A DNA stretch of 64,000 bases from Octopus vulgaris (GCA_951406725.2 OX597816.1:91760001-91824000); one strand, 5' to 3'; positions 26,033-39,552 are shown, counted from the first letter of the stretch. Notes: a model not told the origin generated them from the letters alone. Translations and numbers: made by a program.

Positions 26033-26600
26033 AATCTATTTGCCAATGTAAATTGGCAGTCCTGGTTAAGACGATGTTACTACTTTTTTTTAGCCCCAGT
26101 TGTGTGCCGGTAGCCAACTGGAAAAGATGTTTTCCTGGGGCTAAATCAGTCTTAATCAGGACTGTCAATTTACATTGGCAAATAGATTTTACTCTGTAGT
26201 ACTGTTATAACTTCTCACTCAAAGATTTAAAACTAATTGTTTTCCTCTTTATGAGATCAGTGACTGTGTGTCACTTTAAAAGTATATACCTCAAGCAAGG
26301 CCTAATGCTGCCATCTCTAGCCAATGGTTATCCTGTGCTGATGAAGAGAAATAACCGAGAAACCATGGTCCACAGGTACTGTTTCAGGCTGAGTGGGGAC
26401 ATTAGCTTCCTTGTTCGAGGTATAAGGATGCAGTTGTGCATCAGTAGCCATCTGGAAAAGATATTTTCCTGGTGCTAAAAAAAGGCAGTAACATCGTTCT
26501 AATCAGGACTGCCAATTTACGTTGGCATATAGATTTTACTCTGTATTACTGTTACTACTAACTTCTCGTTCAGTGATTTAAAACTGATTGTTTTCTTTTT
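26033..26600 (+). mobile_element. Non-autonomous Penelope-like/retrozyme-like element: tandem direct repeats, inverted partial repeat and central hammerhead
   Basis: Direct repeats 26097-26250 and 26431-26600. Segment 26033-26099 is an inverted copy of 26469-26535. Hammerhead at 26332-26376. Confidence 0.7.
26332..26376 (+). ncRNA. Type I hammerhead ribozyme motif
   Basis: cctgtg CTGATGA agagaaataaccga GAAAC catg GTC cacagg: 6-bp stem I, complete core, palindromic stem III, poorly paired stem II. Confidence 0.8.
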
Positions 26601-26624
26601 TAAAATAAATAATAATATAATAAT

Positions 26625-27750
26625 CATTTCTACTTTGGGCACAAGACCTGAAACTTTTGGGAAGGGGCCTAGCCAATTACATTGCCTCCAAACCAATGCT
26701 TAACTGATACTTATTTCATAGATTCCAAAAGGATGAAAGGCAAAGTCAACCTCGGCAGAATTTGAACTCAGACTGTAAAGACAGACGAAATGCCACTAAG
26801 CATTTTGTCCTGCATGCTGTTTCTGCAAACTCAACACCTTATAAATAATTCTTTCTACTATAGGTACAAGGTCTGAAATTTTGGGGGAGGGCACCACTCA
26901 ATTACATTGATCCTGGTGCACAACTGGTACTTATTTTATTGATCCTCAAAGGATGAAAGGCAAAGGCAAAGATGACCTCAGTGGACTCTGTACTCAGAAT
27001 ATAAAGACGGATGAATGCCATGAAGCATTTTTCCTGCACGCTAATGTTTCTGCAAACTCACCACTTTATAGATAATCCTTGCTACTGTGGGCACAAGGAC
27101 TTAAATTTTGGTGGGGGTTAGTTGATTATATAAACCCCAGTGTGCAACTGGTACTTATTTTATTGACCTCGAAAGGATGAAAGGCAAAGTTGACCTTGGC
27201 AGAATTTGATCTCAGAGTGTAAGGATGGATGAAATGCTGCTAAACATTTTGTCCTGTGTGCTAACAATCTTGGTAATTAATATAAATAATAATAATCCTT
27301 TCAAGGCTTGAAATTTTGGGGGAGGGGCCAGTCAATTAGATTGACCCCAGTATACAACTGGTGCTTAATTTATCAACCCCCCCACCCCTGAAAGGATGAA
27401 AGGCAAAGTTGGCCTCGGCAGATTTGAACTCAGAACGTTAAGACAGATGAAATGCCTCTAAGCATTTTGCCTGGACTGCTAATGATTCTGCTAGCTTGCC
27501 GCCTTAATAACAATACTAACAATCCTTTCTACTATAAACACAAGGCCTGATATTTGCGGGGAGGAGCTAAGTCAATTACATTGAGCTCAGTGAAACACTG
27601 GTACTTATTTTTTTGACCCCGAAAGTATGAAAGGCAAAGTCGATCTCAGTGGAATTTGAACTCAAAATCTTAAGATGGATGAAATGCTGTTAAGTATTTT
27701 GCTCAGTGTGCTAACAATTCTGTCAGCTGGGCACCTCAATAATAATAATG

Positions 27751-27789
<39 letters not shown>

Positions 27790-27935
27790 GCAATAATAAT
27801 CTTTACTACTATAGGCACAAGGCCTGAAATTTTGGGGGAGGGAACAGTCAACTAGATTGACTCCATTATGGAACTGGTACTTAGTTTATTGACCCTAAAA
27901 GAATGAAAGGCAAAGTCAACCTAGGCAGAATTTGA
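26625..27935 (-). mobile_element. Head-to-tail array of six family A SINEs separated by (TAA)n
   Basis: Copies start near 26625, 26845, 27075, 27295, 27520 and 27800, each with gatgaaaggcaaag-like sequence and mostly gaatttgaactcag. Confidence 0.85.
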
Positions 27936-27954
27936 TAACAACAACAACAACAAC

Positions 27955-27986
<32 letters not shown>

Positions 27987-30900
27987 TAATAATAATAGCT
28001 TAATACTGGAATATAACTTAAAGATGGATTATATGGATTGAAAGGGTGTTGTGGAGAACAAATGAAGATTTTATAAAAATTATTGGTGTATATTTAAATG
28101 ATATAAAACTCAGGGTTTATTTTAAAGTAGTAATGAAACTAGGAAGTAGATAGAAAGATTGTCAAATGGTCAGCAAATTCTTCAACTTGAATTGTTCTGA
28201 GGAAAAGTGGAGCTTCATATCTTGTTTATATTTAAAGTTTGATCAGTGTATAAAGGCATTTATTGTAAAGAAATATAATCTACTGAATAATTTGAGTAAT
28301 TTTTTTTAACTTCACAGAAGAAATTAAATTAATAGCATTAACAATGAAGAGATAAAGTCCAAGATGAAATATTTACTAAGGGAGAAGTATTTAGGGCTAA
28401 CAGATTAAAACGAGAGAGTTGTTCAAACCGAAGAAAATTTGTAACGATTTACCGGACATTGGAGAGTGGTCGGTGGCACACACCCACAAATGCAATGAAA
28501 TTTTGATTTAATAAATACTTTTTATTTAAAACTGTATTTATTTACTGTTAATATAAGATCAATTTGAAATATATACCAGTTTCTTCTACATATTGAAAAC
28601 CTGTTACACATTTTAGTAGTTCTAAATTGATAACTGGGGTTGAACCCTCATCGTTCATTTTCAATTCTTGTGCAAAGAAGTGGGTGCAGTGAAAACTTGT
28701 GGTAATAAGACAAATTAAAACCCTCTCTACATAAACACTCGTGTTATAGTGTTATAATGTAATAATGATATTGCCAGCCAGTCTCCATTGTTTTCAATGA
28801 TAATATAAGTTTATTTTAGACAATACAATCTTAAGACTTTTGTACATTTTCTGCCTGTTTATTAACAGGACATTTTAATTTGAACATAAGTATTGTGATA
28901 TCCTGTTTCAGTATTTATGTCATATAACCGGTTGTGACTGTAAACAATAAAGCATCTTATTGTCTACTTCCATAAATAATCCTCCCTCCTCAAGTGATTA
29001 TAGATTCATTCTTTCTATGATTTGCGGAAAGAAAAAAGTCGGGTATTATGTGAGTCATGGATGGAGGTATTACTTATGCTTGCTTGTATCAATCGGTTTG
29101 TCTTTGTTTACAGTTTTAGTTGGGATCATGGCCGATTTCATTTGTAACATTAAAAACCGACTGTTATTCTCAGCTTGGAGATAAAACGTGTTTCATTAAA
29201 AGAAAAAACAAAAAAAACTTTTGTAAATTTTAGAAGTCTTTGTTACTGTCGTTGTTTAATTAAGCCTACCAGGTCTACCCTTTTTTTACATATACTATGT
29301 ACTCCAGGCATTTAAAACATTTTCCTGACAGATTTGGCTGCTATTTTTTTAGTAGTGATTCGCATTAGTATTGTTGCTTTATTAAATGTTCACGTCTTAA
29401 GGAATTGGAAGAAAATATGGACACCTCGCAATCTTTTAATTCACATAGTTGCTATTAGAAAGAATGGTGCAACAAGTGGTGATGTTACTGTACTGATCAC
29501 AGACAAACCCCCCTTTTTTTTTCTAATTAGAAGATTTCACCTTTCTTTAAGTCTTGCTCAGTAATGTACAGTCTCTAGTTGAAGTTTAAATTTATACGAA
29601 GCCGTGAAATGAAAATACACACTTAAATATAGTAGGAAAATCGTCTTGAGTATTGATTAATTTCGTCTGAACACAAGACTGAAGTTTGTAATAGTGAACG
29701 TGTAATCGATCGAACCGAAACTTATTTTATCGATCCGGAAGGATGAAATGCAAAGTTAACCCTAACAAAACTTGAATTCGTAATTGAGTTCAGAACTGTT
29801 AAGGATTTTTAGGCTGACAGTCTACTAATATGGACAACCTCCGAATCATGAATATTGGTGCGTTTTGATAAGGTACAAAGCAAATTTTTAAAGATATACA
29901 GCCGATGTTATCGATCTCAGTAACTAATTGGTATTTATTTTATCGATCCTTAGGTAATGAAGGTAAAGTTGTTCCGGTAGGATTTGAACCCGGGACCCAG
30001 TGGGTAGAACCTAAATATTACTATTTTGTATTTAGTCATCTTTCTAATGACTCAGTCACTTCTATCGCCTGCTACACCGCTAGTGGTTAATCATTACTGA
30101 CATCAGCCATTTTTTTTTTATAAACGAATTTGTCGTAACTTTTAATAGCATTATCATTCCTCGTAATTAATTACTTGTTTCTTGCATTAAGATGAAATGT
30201 GAAAATTTTTTGTGAATTTCTACGATTATCCGATATTAAGGCGTCTTTTATAAGGTAAACGGAAATAGAATCTGAAGGGAAAAGCCAGAGAAAAAGCCAC
30301 AATTCTGGCTAGGTAGAAAAGTTACAGGAAAAAAAAAAAAAAAGGTTTTGTTTTTCAGAATTAAAAACCCATAGGTAATAATTAACTCAAGCCAATATTT
30401 TGAGCAGCTTATTAACCGTCAATTCACGACTTGTATGTAATAACAAATTTTATATAATGGCATTACATGTCTGTGGAAAATATCGCGTTTCATTTTAATA
30501 TCTTAAATAAAATAATGAAACTAACAAAATCATTAAAACAATAGCTTATTGAAACCTTCTTGTGACTTTTGCCCTGAATTCCCTTTAAAGGGTATATAAA
30601 AATATAAACGAATGGAAATGGCTCCCACTAGAATTCGAACCTGGATAGCAGACAAAGCCGCCTTCCCCAGAGGCTTTTGTTGTAACGATTTGTTTTTCTT
30701 TTCCTTCATCGAACCTACGCTAAATAACATAGATTGTATAAAATTTTTCCTGATCATTATCTCATTCAGATTTTCAAACTATTGTAAACCGAATGAAAGT
30801 GTCTTCCCTTTTCTTTTTAATAACTGAAATATACCGGCATAAAGATTATTACGTTTGTATACCGTTTCAAAAGACTTAAATATACAATTGTAATTTCAAT

Positions 30901-31119
30901 CTGAATACCTTGAGGAAAATTTACAAAACGGGAAATAATAGTCCTCAAATCTTTAATACACAATATTTAATTTTATAAAATAGAGAAACTATCGCTATAA
31001 ACACGGTAAGCTATCAGCACGGTGTCTAATATTGCACTATTAGCAAAGGGAAATAATGATTATATGGGAAATACACACGCTATGTTTGTTACCTCCCTTA
31101 GATTATACCTCTCCACCTA

Positions 31120-31172
31120 TTTTCATTAAACTTCGGGAACTTTGATGGCGCGAGTTTTCCATACTGTTGTCG
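31120..31172 (+). other. Candidate first exon (5' boundary uncertain)
   Basis: YY1-like motif and strong donor GTAAGA at 31173, followed by T-rich intron-like sequence. Confidence 0.4.
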
Positions 31173-32226
31173 GTAAGAATGCTTCTAACTCTTAAAAAAT
31201 ACCTTAGTTATATAGTCAGTATCATCTTCCATGGTTTGTTTATCTATTATTGATTATACCGGTTTGCAGTTGGTTCGATACGATCAGCTCTTGGGTGTCT
31301 TTTAGTTCGGTTCTGTTGTTTACAACCAGCAGTAGTTAGACGTCTACACTAGATGACTGTCACTCTGGCCGAGCTTTTCTTATCTTCCACCTTTCTTCTT
31401 TTGACCTAGGCTTCCGTCTTTAAATTTTCCCCTTTTCAACCCTTTATTGATGTTATTATTTACATTACAATTACATACATTAAACATCTTTCGATAATTT
31501 GTTTTTTTAAATATACCATCATATTGATTTCTTTTTTTTTTCATCTCCACCAATCCGTAAAAAAAAAAGTGCTGCCCCCTGTTGTGTCTGTATTTATTTG
31601 TATGTATGTGTGTATATATTATATATATATACATGTTTGTGTTTGTTTATATGCATATTTTATTGAGTTGTCTCGCACTGAGTCATGTGTTGTCTAATAT
31701 TTCTATTCTTCCTGTATATAAGCTCATCAGAGTATTACCAAATATTAATAGTTTTGTGTAATAAGCGTTCTACATTCTTTCTGTTCATCTCGTTTATTAT
31801 AAAAATATTTGTATTAATCACGTGGCATGTTAAAGGTTTTAAAGTTAATTTTACTGTTATACACACGTATAATATATATTTTTTTGCCGATCGACTATTG
31901 TGCATGTCTAGCTAGCTGTTAATGTCTATCGTATCTAATTGGATGTTTTATGAGAGCAGTGCATGTATATATACTGACAGACTCGATGTTTCAGCGGTTT
32001 TCATGGCCTATGTCTTGAGTAAGCATGACACACACACAAACACTTATATTTGTGTGTTTGTGTAAAGTGTGTGCGTGTGTTTGTACTTGCGTGCTCTGTC
32101 TCAAATACTAATTACTTATTCAGTTCTAGTAGTTTTTCTTTGTATATTTATTCATACTGCTATTGCCGTTCACTTCCTCCCTCCGTCACAATAATTACAC
32201 AACTAATTTCCGCCTCTTGTGTGTGA

Positions 32227-32229
<3 letters not shown>

Positions 32230-32273
<44 letters not shown>

Positions 32274-32592
32274 TTATGTATATATGTATGTGTATATATA
32301 TATATATATATAAATATTTATTTATATATGTATGTATATATATATATATATATATATAAATATCTATGTATATATGTATGTGTATATATATATATATATA
32401 TAAATAAATATTTATGTATATATGTATGTGTATATATATATATATATAAATATTTATGTATATATGTATGTGTATATATATATAAATATTTATGTATATA
32501 TATGTATATATATATATAAATATTTGTGTATATGTATGTGTGTATACATATAAATATTTATGTATGTGTATATATATATAAATATTTATGTG

Positions 32593-32630
<38 letters not shown>

Positions 32631-32895
32631 TTTATGTATATATATATGTGTATATATATATATAAATATTTATGTATATATGTATGTGTATATATATATA
32701 TAAATATTTATGTATATGTATATATATTTATGTATATATGTATGTGTGTATATATACTTATGTATATATGTATGCGTGTGTATATATATATATTTATATA
32801 TATGTATATGTGTGTATATATTTATTTATGTATATATGTATGTGTGTATATATATATTTATGTATATATCATATTTGTGTATATATATATATAAA
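32230..32895. repeat. Compound (TA)n-based minisatellite
   Basis: Recurrent unit (ta)n-aatatttatgtatatatgtatgtg. Confidence 0.9.
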
Positions 32896-33614
32896 CATGC
32901 AGAAAATAGTTATATACATGTATTGAACGCATACATGTGTGTGAATGTATATTGTGTGTATACATACGTACACCAAATAGATGCATGGAATAGCTATATA
33001 ATACTTTTGATATATATTTTCTATTTAGAATTATAATTTAAATCAAATTTCGCTTCGTAATAAAATAAAAATTTATATTTAATCAGAGATTTCTGTTTTG
33101 CATTGTGATGGGAGACTGCTTATTTGTTATAAAAGGGGGAAAAAAAAAAAAAAAAAAAGGAGCAAATTAGAAAAGACAACAACATGGAAATATAGCCATT
33201 TTCTCATAAGCTATCTGTATAGCGATGGTTTTTATGAATAAAAACAACAGCAGAATCCATATTGTTTAGGGTACCTTTAACTTTTCATCATATCCTATAT
33301 TCTCGTAACTTTTTCTCGTCCGAATCAAACTAGTTATTTATTGATATAACCATAAAAATCTTTATTTAGATCTTTTTGAGAGTTTTCCGATTTGATGACT
33401 GTAAGAAAGTCGATAATCGAGAAAATATTTGCTATCGTTTATTTATATAAAAATCTAAACTATTTATAAAAGTAAAAATATATATATGAAAAAAAGAATT
33501 TAAAAAAAGCAGGTTTTCTTTTCGTATATTTCTCGGGTCAAATGTATTTTTTAAAGAGTAGGAAAATTTCTATCCTGATCCCATTAACAAAGAGGTTTTT
33601 ATTTGTTTATTTAG

Positions 33615-33661
33615 GCCACATCCTGTAGATGCCGATCTTTCATTTTAACTTTGACGCAAAG
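33615..33661 (+). other. Candidate 47-nt exon
   Basis: Acceptor tttatttgtttatttAG and donor AAG|GTAGGT. Contains ATG in frame to the donor (MPIFHFNFDAK, phase 0). Confidence 0.35.
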
Positions 33662-35499
33662 GTAGGTGTGAATGTTTTTTCTTTTTGTCCCCTCGTTTCC
33701 TTTATCCTTGAACGTATAGAGACGCTAAAATGAATTTCGACATGAATCGAACTCGAAACCATGAATAGTTCGTTGTCTGCTAAATCTGAGCCACCGCCCA
33801 TCCATTGATAAAAGCGGAATGTCAGCTCTCTCCCCTGAGGACTAACTTCGACTGGATATGAGATATTTGATAAGAACATTAGTTTCGTAGCTCCTCAGTA
33901 CACCTATCTGAACATTAAAAAGATTAAATATACTTTATTCTCTTAGAATATGTTGTATAAATTCTTTATATAAATGTTGCGATAGTGAAATGTCAACACT
34001 ATTCCCGGTACCAAACTTTCGCGAACCCTTTCATCTGTTTTGTAGAATTTTGATTCCTTCTTTGTTCTCCAGTTTTTTTTTTAAAGTTCGAGAACCGAAT
34101 CTGTTTTCAGTTCATAATCTTTTTCCTATACTTACTTCCTTGTTTTAAATAAACCTATACCGTATATAGTCTGTTACCGTTTCATTTGATTTCTTGTAAC
34201 TTTAAATTTTCAATAAAAGCTACCATCATTACATCCTGTTCTTTAACCTTCAGACTTTTCTGCATTAGCAAATGTTTCTTTTTCAAGATACAACTTTTAT
34301 CATTTGTCTTTTAGTCGGGTTATATTCGGAAGCTTTCAAGTGCTTATTAAAAATATACTTTGTCACCATTTCATTTATAGCAGCTCATCCTTTTTTTGTT
34401 ACCTTTTCTGTTTCAAATGAAATTTTAGTTGTACTGCTTCTCTGTTGAATGCACTGCAAAACTATTTTTGATGTTTTATTTCTTTATGCCAATAAATTTT
34501 CCAGCATTGTTTATTTTAATTCTTAAATAGATCTTGTCAGTTTGAGCAATTTATTATTACACCTCAGTGAAAATTGTAGTCTATTCATTTTGACTAGCTT
34601 ATATATTTATTTCTGAATTAAGTTTTAATTTAAGTTTATATCTTAATATATTGATATTGCCTTGTTATGGTTAGTATAGTAGTGTAATATCTGAAAAGAT
34701 AGCAATGAGTTGAGTCTTTCTAAAATTGTTGTAGTCCACTTAGATTTTATTTATGTGCTGAAAGGATCTATATCACTCATTAATAAACATAGAAAAGTGA
34801 GCCTAGGATTTGAGATTTCTTAAATTACACTTCAAAAGAAATCTCATTATGGATTAAGAAGTCATGAAGTCATGTTAGAAGTCATGAAAATCTTAAAGTA
34901 GTATAAAATTTCATAACTCATTGATTGAATTTTATACATTTGCCATGTCATGTTCCTGCTTCTCAGAATTAGATTACGCAGTTTTTGTATACATAACAGA
35001 TTATGCGGTTTTTGTACACTTTGTAAAAGGTCTATCAATTACCTACATCAGTATATGGTATGGAGGACGTTTTACTCTTGTTGAGAACATGATGATCTCT
35101 CTAGCACTGGTGCCACAATAAAATATACCCTGTACAATCTGTGAAGTAGTTAGTTTCAGGAATGGTATCCAGCCATAGAACCCTTGTCAAAATTGGAATG
35201 TTCGAGTGAGTTGTAGTCCTATGAATTATCTAACTTCAAATTAGGAATGACTTGGACCATGAAGACCTGTTCAGCTTCAGCCAGTATGGAAAGCGTTTGT
35301 AAAATGATGATGATATACACATAGTTTAGGGTTGCAGCAAGTGTCATAAGATATTTAGCTTTGTGCCAGTTTTATTTCCTGTTCTTAATTGTATGCTAAA
35401 AAGGCTAGGTTTGTTGTTTTGATTGATCCATTTTGTCATGCAATGGAGTTAGTAATGGCCTACTGTAAATCTTTGCTGTCACTTTTGATTTATGTAGAG

Positions 35500-35755
35500 C
35501 ATTGGTTCTCTACCATTTTTTTTACCTATGGATCCCCTTTGATTCCTGTTTTAGTTGGGTAGACTCTTGTATCGATTGATATTTGAAAAATCCTATTATA
35601 TTTTTGTGATTAAACATTATTAGGAATTGTATAAAAAATTATTTAAATATTCTGTGTGTTGTAGACCTATAATCAATTCATTGCATGTAACCGTTAACAA
35701 AAAAATCTTATATAGACCCTGCAGGGGTCATATGGTCCATGGCCGAGAACCACTA
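35500..35755. mobile_element. hAT-type MITE
   Basis: TIRs cattggttctc / gagaaccacta with perfect 8-bp TSD ATGTAGAG at 35492-35499 and 35756-35763. Confidence 0.85.
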
Positions 35756-38147
35756 ATGTAGAGCAGGAAAGATTGTAGTTGAATTGGGTAAAGTGGACTT
35801 TTATGTGAGAAGAGGGTGATTTGACCTGGCAACTATTTTGTTAGCAGGTTGAGCGACCATGTAATTAATTCCCTCGTTGGTTTGCCTCAAGATTTATTTA
35901 AATGGGTCATCAGGTTAGTACTTTTTTCAATCTGTAGAGGAAATTGATGTAATGACTATTTTACTATGTATGTTTTGTTTGTCTGGTTCCTGAATAGTGG
36001 TGTAATAGTGTTCTGTTTTCAAGCAGTTGTATAATTAATGATGTGTAAGATGGGAAAGACTGTGGCAGCAAATTGTACCTCTTAGAGATGGTCTTTGAAT
36101 TGTATTAATCTGCTTTTTTTTCTTCTTTTTCTTTGTGATGGATGTGGTGTGTTAGAGTGTTAGGAATATTGTTTTGAATAGTATTAATTCAAACTTGGTA
36201 TAGTTCATGTGGCAACAAAAGCTCTGTTTTTAAATGTAATTTGATTTTCTTAGGTTTTACTCTATATGTGTTGTTTTATTGTTGCAGTGTGTTAATGTAA
36301 ATGGCATTGATATGTTGTGATTCTTAGAAATGTGGTACCTTGAGTCGTAGTGACAATGTTCAGTGCAGTGTGGTGCAGAATACATGTTAATGGTATGCAT
36401 TTGTTTAGTGTAACTAATCACTTTATATGAAGCTTGCACATGAGGTCTTAAATTGGAGTTAGTAATTATGGGATACTATTAGTTGGAATTCATATCCAAA
36501 TGACTATACTCAGAAACTAGGATGTGTCCTGTTACTGTTGTGATTTGAAAACATCAGCTTCAGCTATTAGTCACATTGCTCATTTTGGATCCTGTATACC
36601 CTGTCCTCTTTGGTGTGAGCTCATAAGATATATATGTAGCTTCTATAAACATAGAAATAGATTAAGTTGTTCTGAGGATGCAGTGGGGTGATGACCACAT
36701 GCCTCATGATCACTACAGACAAGGAGGTATCTTGGGACTGACTAGGACACTGCTTAGAGGGTTGCCTGAGACAAATCAAGAAGATCTAACAAATAATGGA
36801 TGCAATGATGTGCTGCAGTGGCACATGCCCCCATACCTGACCTCTGTAATATGGGATGATGTTATTGTAATGACAGGAGTTTGAAAGTTATTCATAAAGA
36901 AACTCCAGAAGATGCATCCTTGCATGTGTTTCTTTCTGAACTGTATTTAAAAGTCAGGGATCTATGAAGTTTGATTGGGGTATGTAAGGCCTGGAGTTCT
37001 GAGACTTAGTTATTCAGTAATCAGATGTGGTGGTTTCGGGAATGAAAAGTTTTACTAATGTTACTTAGGCATTTAATCTTACTCTGTAAGTTTATAGAAG
37101 CTACATATATCTTATGAGCTCATACTGACATGTGTGCATGCCCACATACACATGCACAACTAATAGTTTAAACCCTGCTACTGGTATTGAGTGATAACTG
37201 TTGTGTGTTGGCACCAGAAAGTATAGGTTGGCACTTTCATTATACATAATCAATTATACGAATCAATTAAAATAATAAATAGATAATAACTTCAGTTCAT
37301 TTTCATATTTCCTGATAAACATTCGACACTTGAAATTTGAGCCATGGATAAGTAATTGAATCAATAGGATATTGAGGTGTTATTTAACGAGGTGGGAGGT
37401 CATGTTATATAAACATTACTGCATTAGGCCTAATGGCCATATGTATCTATTTCAAAGCTGGTAGAGCAGTCTGGAAGGGCCCATATTGAAAAGCAGAAGC
37501 ATCATTGTAGAATAAATAATTAATGCATAATCTTATAATTTTGAATTTGAGTCTGCCAGTGTAAAGGACCAAAATACAAAGCACATCCTTACTTTCTCAG
37601 TATTATTTTGAGTTGGAATTGAAATTAAATGATTTAAAGTGTAGCTTCTTAGAAGTGTTAATTAACTAAATTTTAAAAAAAGCTTCATGGAATTTTAAAA
37701 TCTGTATTGACACCATAACTTTCTAGCTATGGAGGTACATGGCATCTTCACACCTGTTAATAATTTCATGAGATATAATTAGCATACAGTAGATTAGCAC
37801 AGGCCATATCTCTTTAGGTATGGTCATAGTATGATTTAAAGTCAACACTGCAAACTAACCAAATACTCAGGTGTCTTCTGCTATGGCTTGGCTACAGCCT
37901 TGTGAATGAATTTGGTCCTAGTCTTGACATTGTATGGTGCTAAGTGGTGTAGACAAACATCTCCGTCATACAAGCAGTAAGATTACAAGTTGTGTAATCT
38001 TACTGCTTGGATTATTATTGTTATTATTTTTATTTTATGCCTTCTTTTGTTCAGTTTGAAATCCATAAAAAACATCTTACTAAGAGACAAGTGAGTGTTA
38101 GTGATAAGAAGAGCACCACAGTTTAGAAAAATCTAGCTAAAAATGAT

Positions 38148-38580
38148 GGGCCTCCGTGCCGGTGGCACGTAAAAAGCACCATCCGACCGTGGCCGTTTGC
38201 CAGCCCTGTCTGGCACCTGTGCTGGTGGCACGTAAAAAGCACCCACTACACTCACGGAGTGGTTGGCGTTAGGAAGGGCATCCAGCCGTAGAAACATTGC
38301 CAGATCAGACTGGGCCTGGTGCAACCTTCTGGCTTCCCAGACCCCAGTTGAACCGTCCAACCCATGCTAGCATGGAAAGCGGACGCTAAACGATGATGAT
38401 GATTTGTGTATGTGTTGCTCTGGTGCCGGTGGTACCCACTACACTCTCAGAGTTGTTGGCATTAGGAAAGGCATCCAGCTGTAGATTGGAGCCTGGTGCG
38501 GCCTCCTGGCTTTCCAGACCTCAGACACACCGTCCAGCTCATGCCAGCTTGAAAAATGGATGTTAAATGACATGATGATG
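38148..38580 (+). mobile_element. Two tandem RTE LINE 3' ends
   Basis: Tails end at about 38403 and 38580. Confidence 0.85.
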
Positions 38581-38645
38581 ATATATATATATATATATAT
38601 ATTGGAAACACCAGTTTGCAATATTTTTCACCAGAAAGGGGAATT

Positions 38646-39039
38646 ATAATTGTCACTAAATGTGACTAAGATGTTAGAAACACTTACATTGCTAGAGATA
38701 AGGGCTAAAATGCTCTAATGCTGTAGTCAGCATACATAAATGTAGATATATAATAATACACTAATGGGGATCTTCATTGTCTGAAAAATGCTGTCCGAGA
38801 ATTCCCAATACTGATGTCAGTTTCGGCAATTTCTGTTGCCTCATCAGTTGGGACTTGCTTGAATTTCGGCTCTTTTCGGACTCACTTCTCTAATAATAGA
38901 TATATTTTCAGATGATTAAAATCCCTGTAAGTGTACATGCTTACATTTATGTGCGTTGACAACGGCATTAGAGCATTTTAGCTCTAATTTCTAGCAATAT
39001 AGGTTTTTTAACACCCTAATCACATTTAGTGACAATTAT
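38646..39039 (-). mobile_element. Fold-back element with central hammerhead ribozyme
   Basis: Diverged inverted arms 38646-38789 and 38904-39039 enclose the hammerhead at 38803-38853. Confidence 0.8.
38803..38853 (-). ncRNA. Type I hammerhead ribozyme, apparently intact
   Basis: Minus strand: tcccaa CTGATGA ggcaa cagaaa ttgcc GAAA ctga ca tcag TA ttggga. Stems I, II and III all pair, and the cleavage triplet is GUA. Confidence 0.9.
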
Positions 39040-39249
39040 GTGTGTGTGTGTGATATATGTAGATATGAATATAAAATTTTATGCATAACACATACATTTT
39101 CTGTTGAAAAGGATTTTTTAAAACTTGATACTTATGCTAGAATTTGTATTTATATATGTTTTAAGATACTCAAAAATTCTTATGACATCAATTGTATATA
39201 TATATATATATACACACACACACATGTAAATATATATATGTAACTAGTG

Positions 39250-39552
39250 AAGGTGTATAGCTTAGTGGTTAGGGTAATCGGCTCACAATTGTAATGTCTT
39301 CATTTCCAAATCTGGTGGTGCATTGTGTTCTTCAGCAGGCACTTTTTTTACATTGCTCCAGTTCACTCAGTTGGCAAAATTGAGTAGTACCTGTAATTCA
39401 AAGGGCCAGTCTTGTCACATTCTGTGTTACGCTGAATCGCCATGTAAACTATGTTAAGGGTACATGTGTCTATGCATGTTAATTTCTCAAACAGGCTATT
39501 CTGTTGCTCGTATCAACTGGAATCCTCGATGTTGTAACTGACGGAGTGCCAT
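39250..39552 (+). mobile_element. tRNA-derived SINE sharing its core with family C
   Basis: A-box tagcttagtgg and core tgtgttcttcagcaggcacttt...ttgctccagttcactcag. Confidence 0.7.

Larger units (their letters stand above)
28400..34400. promoter_or_regulatory. CpG-retaining, transposon-poor promoter-like region
   Basis: CG dinucleotides are visibly more frequent than in the CpG-depleted flanks (judged by eye, not counted). GATGGCG (YY1-like) at 31144 followed by donor CG|GTAAGA at 31172/31173. Confidence 0.55.
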
